Source of the DNA: Stellaceae bacterium
GTDB lineage: Bacteria; Pseudomonadota; Alphaproteobacteria; ATCC43930; CGMCC-115725
DNA length: 37,194 nucleotides
Reading direction: 5' to 3'
NCBI GenBank assembly: GCA_035603555.1
Contig: DATNKF010000622.1
Coordinates: 1-37,194, forward strand
Shown: positions 1 to 7,550 of the stretch, piece after piece
How positions within the stretch are numbered: position 1 is the stretch's first letter
Layout: every line of letters starts with the position of its first letter
The notes under the pieces: model-generated
The model's input: only the letters and a program-made list of their open reading frames with translations
What the model was told of the DNA's origin: nothing
The model's database searches: none
Position numbers and translations under genes: made by a program

Positions 1-648
1 AATCTCGAGGATGCGCGAGGAGGCAAACCCGCCCATCAGCGCCTCCCTGACCTTGGCGGGGTCGGCCCCGGCGCGCGAGGCGAACAACAGCGCCTCGCCG
101 ACCGCTTCGATCGTCAGCGCGACAATGATCTGGTTCGCCACCTTCGTCGTCTGGCCGTCGCCGTTGCCGCCGACCAGGGTGATGTTCTTGCCCATCAGCT
201 CAAAGAGCGGCTTGACCCGGGCGAAGGCGCGCTCGGGTCCGCCGACCATGATCGTCAGCGACGCCGCCTTGGCGCCGACCTCGCCGCCCGACACCGGCGC
301 ATCGAGATAGTCGCAGCCCTTCTTGTTGATTTCGGCGGCGAAGAGCTTGGTCTCGATCGGCGAGATCGAGCTCATATCGACGACGATCTTACCCGGCGAC
401 AGCCCCTCGGCGATGCCGTCGGGGTCGAACAGCACGCTCCTGACATCGGGCGTGTCGGGCACCATCACAATGATGATCTCGGAACGTTCAGCGATCGCTT
501 TCAGGCTGTCGCACACCGTCGCACCCGCCTCGCGGATATCGGCCGGCAGGCGGCGCTTGCCGTAGACGAAGAGCTCGTGTCCGCCCTTGATCAGGTTGAG
601 GGCCATCGGATGCCCCATGATCCCGAGCCCGACAAAACCGATCTTCAT
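1..648 (-). CDS. NAD(P)-dependent 3-hydroxyacid dehydrogenase, 2-hydroxy-3-oxopropionate (tartronate semialdehyde) reductase-like; 3' end runs off the window
   Basis: Absent from the ORF track because it has no stop inside the window. Reverse-complement reading from ATG (648-646) gives MKIGFVGLGIMGHPMALNLIKGGHELFVYGKRRLPA...DMSSISPIETK...DAPVSGGEVGAKAASLTIMVGG...GQTTKVANQIIVALTIEAVGEAL. This shows a Rossmann GxGxxG N-terminus plus the conserved GarR/GlxR/3-hydroxyisobutyrate dehydrogenase core. The frame stays open to base 1 (216 codons). Confidence 0.85.
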   Translation of the reverse strand, partial: MKIGFVGLGIMGHPMALNLIKGGHELFVYGKRRLPADIREAGATVCDSLKAIAERSEIIIVMVPDTPDVRSVLFDPDGIAEGLSPGKIVVDMSSISPIETKLFAAEINKKGCDYLDAPVSGGEVGAKAASLTIMVGGPERAFARVKPLFELMGKNITLVGGNGDGQTTKVANQIIVALTIEAVGEALLFASRAGADPAKVREALMGGFASSRILEI

Positions 649-685
649 GACCCCTCCTGCCCGATAAGACGCGATTGGCGCACAC

Positions 686-814
686 TGCAACAGTTTCGCT
701 TGCCACCTCAAGTCGGGTGGTAGCGGGTACAACCTAAAGGGGAGATTCTGCTGCAGATTCGCTGCAGATAGCGGCGGCCGCCAGTTGCGTATTCAACTGT
801 ATGTTGCAACAGTT
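686..814. promoter_or_regulatory. Repeated motifs in a divergent promoter region (candidate operator sites)
   Basis: TGCAACAGTT occurs at 686-695 and 805-814. The second copy is part of the inverted repeat AACTGT-N8-ACAGTT (795-814). GCTGCAGAT occurs twice, 11 bp apart (750-758 and 761-769). All lie in the 246-bp gap between the divergent dehydrogenase and A2M genes. Confidence 0.25.
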
Positions 815-894
815 CGGGCGCGCTCGGCACTGACAGCGGGCGACTTGCTGACGCCGTAATGCTAGCGTGAGACACCGCATTGGGGGGGTGATCG

Positions 895-3800
895 ATGCTG
901 CGCTCGCTGTTGGTGCTTTGGCTTGTTTGCATCGCCGCGCCGACGCTGGCGCAGGAATACAAATCGAAGGAGCTGGCCGACGCCGCACGCGACTGGCGCA
1001 AGGAGCTGATCGACGGCATCCCGGCCAACAAGAAACAGCCCAACCTCGTCGCCGGGCTGCGGCGGGCGGCCGAGATCGAATATCAGGCCAAGGATTACCG
1101 GGCAGCGATCGGCAGGCTGCGCAGCGCCATCGCTAATGGTGCCGATGACGGTCTCGTCTGGCTGCGGCTCGCTCAGAGCGAGCTCGCTGGGCAGGACGAC
1201 CACGCAATAGCGAGCGCCTACAACGCCTATCTGAAGTCGACCGACCCGGTCGAGCGCGGTGCGGCGCTCTTTGTCATCGGCCATGACTACGACCGCCACG
1301 ACAAGCTGAAAGAGGCGCTCGCCGCGTTCGAAGCCGGGCTCGGCTTTACCCGGCTCTCGGCGATCGTCGAGCGCGCCGAGGAGCTGCGCCGGCTCATCGC
1401 CTTCCGGGTCACCAAAGTCGAGGTTCAGGCCGAGGCGGACGCCGCCCGCGCCTGCCTGCGCTTCAACGAAAAGATCGCGACAAAAGCCGACATCTCCTAC
1501 AGCGCCTTCGTGCGCAGCGAGCCCAAGCTCGAGGGCATCGTTACCGCACGGGACGACACGCTGTGCCTCGACGGCATGAAGCATGGCACCATCTACAACG
1601 TCGAGGTCCTCAGCGGGCTCCCCGCTGCGACCGGCGAGCAGATGGCTGAGAAATTCGCGACCCGGATCGTCGTCCCCGATCGCAAGCCGCAGCTGCGCTT
1701 TTCCGGCACCGGCTACGTGTTGCCGAGGCAGGGGACATCGGGGCTGCCGCTGACGACGATCAACCTCGACAAAGTCAAATTGCGGCTGGTGCGGGTCAAC
1801 GAGCGCAACCTCGTCCCGAGCATCGATGCCGAGCGGCTGACGATGAGCTTTTCGACCTACGAAATCGACGAGCTCGTCAACCGCACCGGCAGCTTGGTGT
1901 GGGAGGGCGATATGGCGATATCGGGCGAGCGCAACCGCCCGGTGACGACAGCGATCCCGCTCAAGGACATGCTGCGCGAGAAAGGACCCGGCATCTATCT
2001 CGCGATCGCCGAGCGCGCCGATCTGCGGCAAGACGAATACGCCGAACCGGCGACGAACTGGGTCCTCGTCTCTAATCTCGGGCTTGCGGTTTACAAAGGG
2101 ACGGACGGAATGGCGGTCGACGTCCGCTCGCTCGCCGACGGCAAGCCGCTGCCCGGTGTGGCGGTACGGCTCTACGCCCGCAACAACGGTGAGCTGGCGG
2201 CGGCGGCCAGCGACGCCGGCGGGATTGCCCGCATCCCCGGCGGGTTGCTGCGCGGCCGTGGCGGCGACGAGCCTTTCGTGGTGACCGCGCTCGGCGCCGA
2301 CAATGATTTCAACTTTCTCGAGGTCGGCCGTGCCGCCTTCGACCTGAGCGACCGCGGGGTCAGCGGCCGGGCGCAACCCGGCCCCGTTGATGCCTTCCTC
2401 TACACCGATCGCGGCATCTACCGGCCCGGCGAGTCGGTCGAGCTGATGGCGCTGGTGCGCGACGACAAAGCCGAAGCGATCACCGGCCTGCCGATCAGTC
2501 TGCGGCTATTGCGGCCAGACGGGATCGAGGTCGAGAAGCGCCAACTCGCGAGGGATCAGCTAGGAGCGCACCATCAGAGCTTCGCGCTGGCGCGCGACGC
2601 GCGCATCGGCGCCTGGCATGTCGAATTGCGCGTTGACCCAAAGGCGCCACCGATCGGCACGGCCGAGTTCAGGGTCGAGGATTTCATCCCGCCGCAGCTC
2701 AAGGTCGAGCTGGCTGCCGCGGAGCAGCCGATCCGTCCGGGCGAAGCCTTTCCGGTCGAGGTTATGGCGCGCTACTACTATGGCGCGCCAGGGGCCGGTT
2801 TGGGGATCGAGGCCGAGGCGATGATTGCCCTCGACGACAACCCTTTCCCGAATTATCCGGACTTCCAGTTCGGAATGGTCGGCGAGGAGTTCAGCGGCAA
2901 CCGCCGCGACGTCGAGGCGCCTGCGACTGACGAGGACGGCAAGGCCAAGCTGTCTGTAGCGCTGAATGACTTGCCCGATCTCACCCGCCCGCTCGCGGCG
3001 ACGATCCGGGTCGGGGTCTTCGAGCCGAGCGGCCGCGCCGTCTCCGAGACCTTGACTCGGCCGATTCGGCAACGGGCGCTCTACATCGGGCTGCACTCAC
3101 CAGCCGGCGCCGATGCGGTCCCTGAGGGTGCCGAGGCGACGCTCGAGGTGATCGCGCTCGACCCGACTGGCACCCCGATCATGGCGAAGGGCCTGCGCCT
3201 CGAGCTGTTGCGCGAGACCTGGGAATATCGCTGGTATTCGGTCAATGGCACCTGGCGCCACAAATCGCATATCCGCAGCCAGCCGATTGATGCCGGCACG
3301 GTCGATGCCGGCGCCGACGGTCCGGCGAAGCTCGGCCGTCAGCTCCCGGCCGGTCGCTATCGCTGGGAGGTGACCGACGCGGCGACCGGTGCGCAGTCGA
3401 GCCTGCGCTTTCATGTCGGGTGGTGGGTCGAGGCCGCGCTGCCCGACGTGCCGGACAAGCTCGAGGCAGCGCTCGACAAACCCAGCTATCAAGCGGGGGA
3501 GACCGCCAAGCTATTTGTCAAGGCACCCTTCGCCGGCGAGGTTGAGCTGGCGATCGCCTCGGATCGGATCCTGTCGCTGCGCCCGCTGAGCTTACCGGCC
3601 GAGGGTGCCACGATCGACATTCCGGTTGATGCGTCTTGGGGCAGCGGGGTCTATGCGCTGGTCAGTGCCTATCGCCCATCCGATAATCCCGGGCCGCAGC
3701 AGCGCGGCCCGGGGCGAGCTGTCGGGGTCGCGTGGCTCGCGATCGACAGCGCTCCTCGCACCCTCGTGGCCGCCCTTTCCGGGCCCGCGGTGGCACGTCC

Positions 3801-6084
3801 GCGCAGTCCGGTCGAGATCCCGGTCAAGGTGGCCGGGCTCGCCGCCGGCGAGGAGGCTTACGTCACTCTCGCCGCGGTCGACGAGGCGGTCTTGAAGCTG
3901 ACCGAGTTCGAGAGCCCCGCGCCCGAGAAATACTATTTCGGCAAGCGCCAGCTCGGGGTCGAGTTGCGCGACCTCTACGGCAGGCTGATCGACGCGCGGG
4001 CGAACGCCATCGGGGTCCTGCGCAGCGGTGGCGACAGCTTTGCCAAACGCTCGGTCGCCGGGCTGCCGGACAAGAGCAGCAAAGTCGTCGCGTTGTTTTC
4101 CGGCATCGTCCGTCTCGATGCCGACGGCGCGGCACGGGTCCGTTTCGACATTCCCGACTTCCAGGGCCAGCTGCGGCTGATGGCCGTCGCGTTTTCGGCG
4201 CACAAGGTGGGTTCGGGGGTGGCGGCGATGACCGTCCGCGACCCGGTAGTAACGACCGTGTCAGTGCCGCGCTTTCTCGCTCCTGGGGATGCCGCCCGCG
4301 TCGGGGTCACGATCAATAACCTCGAAGGCGCGGCGGGAGATTATCGCTTGGCGCTGTCCGCGACCGGTGCTGCCGGCTTCTCCACCCCGGTGAACCGTAC
4401 CGTGCACCTCGCCCCGGGCGGCACTTTTGCCGACGGCTTTATGCTGTCGGCCACGACCCCGGGCAATGCAACCCTCAAGCTGGAACTTTCCGGGCCCGGC
4501 GATTTGAAGATCGCGCGGGATTTCACGGTCGGTGTGCGGCCGGCGCAAGCCTATCAGCTCCGGCGTTTCGTCGGCCGACTGCAGCCGGGAGAAAGTGTCA
4601 CCCTCGACGATGGCGCGGCAGCCGAATTCCTGCCGGGCACGGCCGAGGCGCTGCTGAGCGTCAGTCCGCGGCCCGATTGGGACGTTCCTGGTCTGTTGCG
4701 GGCGCTCGAGCGCTACGCCTATGGCTGCCTCGAGCAGACGACGAGCCGGGCGATGCCGCTGCTCTATGTCGAGGAGGTGGCGCGGCTTTGGCATGCCGAT
4801 TCGGGCCCGGCGACGGCGGAGACGCTCGACCGCGCGATCGGCCATGTCGTCGAATTGCAGCGGTCGGACGGGAGCTTCGGGGTATGGAGCGACACCGGCG
4901 ACACCGTGCCCTGGCTCGACGCCTACGCCACCGACTTTCTGATCCGCGCCAAGGAGCACGGCAAAAACGTGCCCGAGTTCGCGATCAAATCTGCGGTCAG
5001 CTGGCTGCACGATTACGTGCGCCAGGAGCACCCTGAGACGAGCGACTTGCCGGCGGTCGCCTATGCTCATTACGTGCTTGCACGCGCCAAATCCGACGAT
5101 CTCGACGGGCTGCGCTATTTCAACGACACGCAATTGGCGCGGCTGCCGACGCAGCTCGCCAAGGCGCAGGTTGCAGCTGCGCTGGAGCAATACGGCGATG
5201 CCGCGCGGGCGGCTGCGGCCTATGACGCAGCGCTGGTCCCGGGGCTGCCGCGGCCAGCGGCGATCCGCTATGTGGATTATGGCAGCGAGTTGCGCGACAA
5301 CGCAGCGGTGCTCGCCTTTGCCGCCGCCAATCCCGGCAGCCGCACGCGGCTGACCGCGGTCATCGACCGGATCGCCGAGCGCTTCACCCGGGCTGCGCGG
5401 ACGAGCACGCAGGAGCAGGCATGGCTCTTGATGGCGGCCGAGGCGGCGGTCCGCGCCGGGGGCGGTGAGATGACCGTCGCAACCGGGAGCGCCGCACCGG
5501 AAACCCGCAGCACGCCGTTCTACCAGCGCCGGCGGCTCGGCTTCGGCGGTCCAGACCAGACGATAACCAATCGGGGGGGCGCACCGGTTTGGCGTTCGGT
5601 GTCAATCACCGGGGTGCCGCGGGGAGATCTGCCGGCCGAGAGCAAGGGCTATGCGGTGACTCGCAGCGTCTACCGACCTGACGGCACGGAAGCCGATTTG
5701 CGCAAGGCGCGGCAGACCGATCTCTTCGTCGTGGTGATCAAGGGCACGCGGACCGATGCCTCACAAGCCGCCCAAGTCCTCATCGTCGATCTGCTGCCTG
5801 CCGGTTTCGAGATCGAGACGGCGACGGTGTCGAAGGGGCGCTCGACCACGGATTACTCCTGGCTTCCCAATCTCAGCGATGCGACCTACACCGAAGAGCG
5901 CGACGATCGCTATGTCGCAGCCCTCGATCTGAGGGACGGCGCCAAGGACTTCACCCTCGCCTATATCGTGCGGGCCGTGACCGCCGGGGAATTCCATTAC
6001 CCCGCTCTCGTCGTCGAGGACATGTACGAGCCCGAGACCACCGGGCGCACCGCGATGGGCAAGCTTACCGTCGGTGTCCGGTAG
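895..6084 (+). CDS. Alpha-2-macroglobulin family protein (bacterial thioester-containing A2M, YfhM/ECAM-like)
   Basis: 5190-nt ORF of 1729 aa. N-terminal signal peptide MLRSLLVLWLVCIAAPTLA/QE. Thioester motif in YAYGCLEQTTSRAM (CLEQ = nt 4726-4737). The size and the pbpC gene downstream match the known yfhM-pbpC arrangement. Confidence 0.9.
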   Translation: MLRSLLVLWLVCIAAPTLAQEYKSKELADAARDWRKELIDGIPANKKQPNLVAGLRRAAEIEYQAKDYRAAIGRLRSAIANGADDGLVWLRLAQSELAGQDDHAIASAYNAYLKSTDPVERGAALFVIGHDYDRHDKLKEALAAFEAGLGFTRLSAIVERAEELRRLIAFRVTKVEVQAEADAARACLRFNEKIATKADISYSAFVRSEPKLEGIVTARDDTLCLDGMKHGTIYNVEVLSGLPAATGEQMAEKFATRIVVPDRKPQLRFSGTGYVLPRQGTSGLPLTTINLDKVKLRLVRVNERNLVPSIDAERLTMSFSTYEIDELVNRTGSLVWEGDMAISGERNRPVTTAIPLKDMLREKGPGIYLAIAERADLRQDEYAEPATNWVLVSNLGLAVYKGTDGMAVDVRSLADGKPLPGVAVRLYARNNGELAAAASDAGGIARIPGGLLRGRGGDEPFVVTALGADNDFNFLEVGRAAFDLSDRGVSGRAQPGPVDAFLYTDRGIYRPGESVELMALVRDDKAEAITGLPISLRLLRPDGIEVEKRQLARDQLGAHHQSFALARDARIGAWHVELRVDPKAPPIGTAEFRVEDFIPPQLKVELAAAEQPIRPGEAFPVEVMARYYYGAPGAGLGIEAEAMIALDDNPFPNYPDFQFGMVGEEFSGNRRDVEAPATDEDGKAKLSVALNDLPDLTRPLAATIRVGVFEPSGRAVSETLTRPIRQRALYIGLHSPAGADAVPEGAEATLEVIALDPTGTPIMAKGLRLELLRETWEYRWYSVNGTWRHKSHIRSQPIDAGTVDAGADGPAKLGRQLPAGRYRWEVTDAATGAQSSLRFHVGWWVEAALPDVPDKLEAALDKPSYQAGETAKLFVKAPFAGEVELAIASDRILSLRPLSLPAEGATIDIPVDASWGSGVYALVSAYRPSDNPGPQQRGPGRAVGVAWLAIDSAPRTLVAALSGPAVARPRSPVEIPVKVAGLAAGEEAYVTLAAVDEAVLKLTEFESPAPEKYYFGKRQLGVELRDLYGRLIDARANAIGVLRSGGDSFAKRSVAGLPDKSSKVVALFSGIVRLDADGAARVRFDIPDFQGQLRLMAVAFSAHKVGSGVAAMTVRDPVVTTVSVPRFLAPGDAARVGVTINNLEGAAGDYRLALSATGAAGFSTPVNRTVHLAPGGTFADGFMLSATTPGNATLKLELSGPGDLKIARDFTVGVRPAQAYQLRRFVGRLQPGESVTLDDGAAAEFLPGTAEALLSVSPRPDWDVPGLLRALERYAYGCLEQTTSRAMPLLYVEEVARLWHADSGPATAETLDRAIGHVVELQRSDGSFGVWSDTGDTVPWLDAYATDFLIRAKEHGKNVPEFAIKSAVSWLHDYVRQEHPETSDLPAVAYAHYVLARAKSDDLDGLRYFNDTQLARLPTQLAKAQVAAALEQYGDAARAAAAYDAALVPGLPRPAAIRYVDYGSELRDNAAVLAFAAANPGSRTRLTAVIDRIAERFTRAARTSTQEQAWLLMAAEAAVRAGGGEMTVATGSAAPETRSTPFYQRRRLGFGGPDQTITNRGGAPVWRSVSITGVPRGDLPAESKGYAVTRSVYRPDGTEADLRKARQTDLFVVVIKGTRTDASQAAQVLIVDLLPAGFEIETATVSKGRSTTDYSWLPNLSDATYTEERDDRYVAALDLRDGAKDFTLAYIVRAVTAGEFHYPALVVEDMYEPETTGRTAMGKLTVGVR

Positions 6085-6087
6085 GAG

Positions 6088-6135
6088 GCCCCTCACCCCA
6101 GCCCTCTCCCCGCATGCGGGGAGGGGGAGGGACCC
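6088..6135. repeat. REP-like GC-rich palindromic element, left part (split by the IS)
   Basis: GCCCCTCACCC (6088-6098) is the perfect reverse complement of GGGTGAGGGGC (7540-7550) on the far side of the IS. An inner hairpin pairs CCCTCTCCCCG (6102-6112) with CGGGGAGGGGG (6117-6127) with one mismatch, around the GCATGC centre. Confidence 0.6.
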
Positions 6136-6193
6136 TGTACGAGCCGGATAGATTGGTAACAGAGTTGACCGGGTGGATAGGTGACAGGTTTGG
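6136..6193. repeat. IS left terminal inverted repeat
   Basis: TGTACGAGCCGGATAGATTGGTAACAGAGTTGACCGGGTGGATAGGTGACAGGTTTGG aligns with the reverse complement of the right end. It contains two GGT(A/G)ACAG sub-repeats 25 bp apart. Confidence 0.7.
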
Positions 6194-6241
6194 ACTGTCG
6201 GCGGGAGGGGCCTGCCGATGCCATGGAGAGAGACCTGTCAG

Positions 6242-7456
6242 ATGGACGAACGGATCCAGTTTATCGCTCGGGTTTTGGCCGGCGGGGATGCGATGACGGC
6301 GCTGTGCCGCGAGTACGGGATCAGCCGCAAGACCGGCTACAAGTGGCTCGGGCGGTATCGCTGTGACGGCGCGGCGGGCTTGCGGGAGCGCTCGCATGCG
6401 CCGTTGCGCCACGGCCAAGCCCATGATGTCGCGGTGGTGCAAGCGGTGCTGAATTTGCGCGAGCGCTGGGGTTGGGGACCCAAGAAGCTGCGGGTGAAGC
6501 TGGGTGCGCTCCATCCGGAGCTCCCGGTCCCGGCGGCGAGTACGATTGGGGATTGGCTGCGGCACGAGGGATTGGTCGGTCGGTCGCGCCGGCGGCGGCA
6601 TTGTCCGGCCTACACCCAGCCTTTTGCCGCGGTGGCGGCGGCCAACGACGTGTGGTGCACCGATTTCAAGGGCTGGTTCCGCACCGCAGACGGCCGGCGG
6701 TGCGATCCGTTCACCCTGAGTGACGCGCACAGCCGTTACCTGTTGCGCTGTCAGGCGGTGGCCCGTCCAGATGAGCAGAACGTGCGGCCGATCTTCGAGG
6801 CGGCATTCAAGGAGCATGGGTTGCCGCAGGCGATCCGTTCGGACAACGGTCCGCCTTTCGCGTCGCCCGGGGTGGGTGGATTGTCGCGGCTGGCGGTGTG
6901 GTGGATCAAGCTCGGCATCACGCCCGAGCGGATCGTCGCCGGCAAGCCGCAGCAGAATGGGCGTCACGAGCGGGTCCATCGTACGCTCAAGGAAGAGACC
7001 GCAACGCCACCGGCCGATAGCGGGCCGGCGCAGCAACAGCGGTTCGACGACTTCCGAGCCATCTACAACAACGAGCGACCGCACGAGGCGCTGGGCCAGA
7101 AGACGCCGGCGTCGCTGTACCAGCCGTCGCCGCGGCGCTACCCGGATCGGCTCACCGATCCGAGCTATGACGCGGATGTCGCAATCCGCCGCGTCCGCAG
7201 CAACGGCCAGATCAAATGGGCGGGCGAATTGATCTTCGTCGGCGAAGCGTTGATCGGCGAACCGGTTGGCGTCGCCGAGACCCAGAGCGGCGACTGGCTG
7301 GTGCGTTACGCTCAGGTCGAGCTCGGATACATCCATCCCCAGCAGCGCCGGCTCAGCCCCCGTCCGATCCGCGGGGCAAACAGACCCGTGGATTTGATGG
7401 AGATCGCTGCCGCGATCCCCACAACCCCACCGGCCCATCAACCACAACAACCCTGA
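6242..7456 (+). CDS. IS481-family DDE transposase (HTH + rve integrase core)
   Basis: MDERIQFIARVLAGGDAMTALCREYGISRKTGYKWLGRY is the N-terminal HTH. Catalytic-core motifs are DVWCTDFKG, IRSDNGPPFAS and GKPQQNGRHERVHRTLKEE. The ORF is open from ATG 6218. ATG 6242 (MDERIQF) is the more likely start. Confidence 0.88.
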   Translation: MDERIQFIARVLAGGDAMTALCREYGISRKTGYKWLGRYRCDGAAGLRERSHAPLRHGQAHDVAVVQAVLNLRERWGWGPKKLRVKLGALHPELPVPAASTIGDWLRHEGLVGRSRRRRHCPAYTQPFAAVAAANDVWCTDFKGWFRTADGRRCDPFTLSDAHSRYLLRCQAVARPDEQNVRPIFEAAFKEHGLPQAIRSDNGPPFASPGVGGLSRLAVWWIKLGITPERIVAGKPQQNGRHERVHRTLKEETATPPADSGPAQQQRFDDFRAIYNNERPHEALGQKTPASLYQPSPRRYPDRLTDPSYDADVAIRRVRSNGQIKWAGELIFVGEALIGEPVGVAETQSGDWLVRYAQVELGYIHPQQRRLSPRPIRGANRPVDLMEIAAAIPTTPPAHQPQQP

Positions 7457-7467
7457 TGCTGAATGAA

Positions 7468-7523
7468 CCAAAGTGTCACCCATCCAGCCGGTCCATCCTG
7501 TCACCCCTCAATCCGCTTGCACA
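7468..7523. repeat. IS right terminal inverted repeat
   Basis: The reverse complement reads TGTGCAAGCGGATTGAGGGGTGACAGGATGGACCGGCTGGATGGGTGACACTTTGG and matches the left IR. It overlaps the first 17 codons of the ORF-track pbpC frame. Confidence 0.7.
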
Positions 7524-7527
7524 ACCC

Positions 7528-7550
7528 CGCGCAGCGGGAGGGTGAGGGGC
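7528..7550. repeat. REP-like palindromic element, right part
   Basis: CGCGCAGCGGGAGGGTGAGGGGC. The 3' 11 nt pair perfectly with 6088-6098. Confidence 0.55.

Larger units (their letters stand above)
6136..7523 (+). mobile_element. IS481-family insertion sequence (1388 bp by my boundaries), single transposase ORF
   Basis: Termini are TGT...ACA. Imperfect terminal inverted repeats of about 58 bp (6136-6193 versus the reverse complement of 7468-7523) match at roughly three quarters of aligned positions in my hand alignment with two 1-nt gaps. ACCC flanks both ends (6132-6135 and 7524-7527) as a candidate 4-bp target duplication. There is one DDE/rve transposase ORF with no frameshift. Confidence 0.8.

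Noticed and set aside
862-2376. Long antisense ORFs opposite real genes. Examples: 862..2376(-) 504 aa, 6065..7504(-) 479 aa, 19303..20358(-), 25999..27129(-), 27881..28900(-), 30419..31624(-), 36032..37012(-).
   Set aside because: Their translations are Arg/Ala/Gly/Pro-rich low-complexity strings with no recognisable motifs. Each lies exactly opposite a gene with strong family signatures. These are the shadow ORFs expected in high-GC DNA.
7473-7541. The first 23 codons of the ORF-track pbpC frame (MSPIQPVHPVTPQSACTTPRSGR) as a genuine PBP1C N-terminus.
   Set aside because: Codons 1-17 are encoded by the IS right inverted repeat, so they cannot be ancestral pbpC sequence. They are kept only as a possible fusion ORF in the findings.
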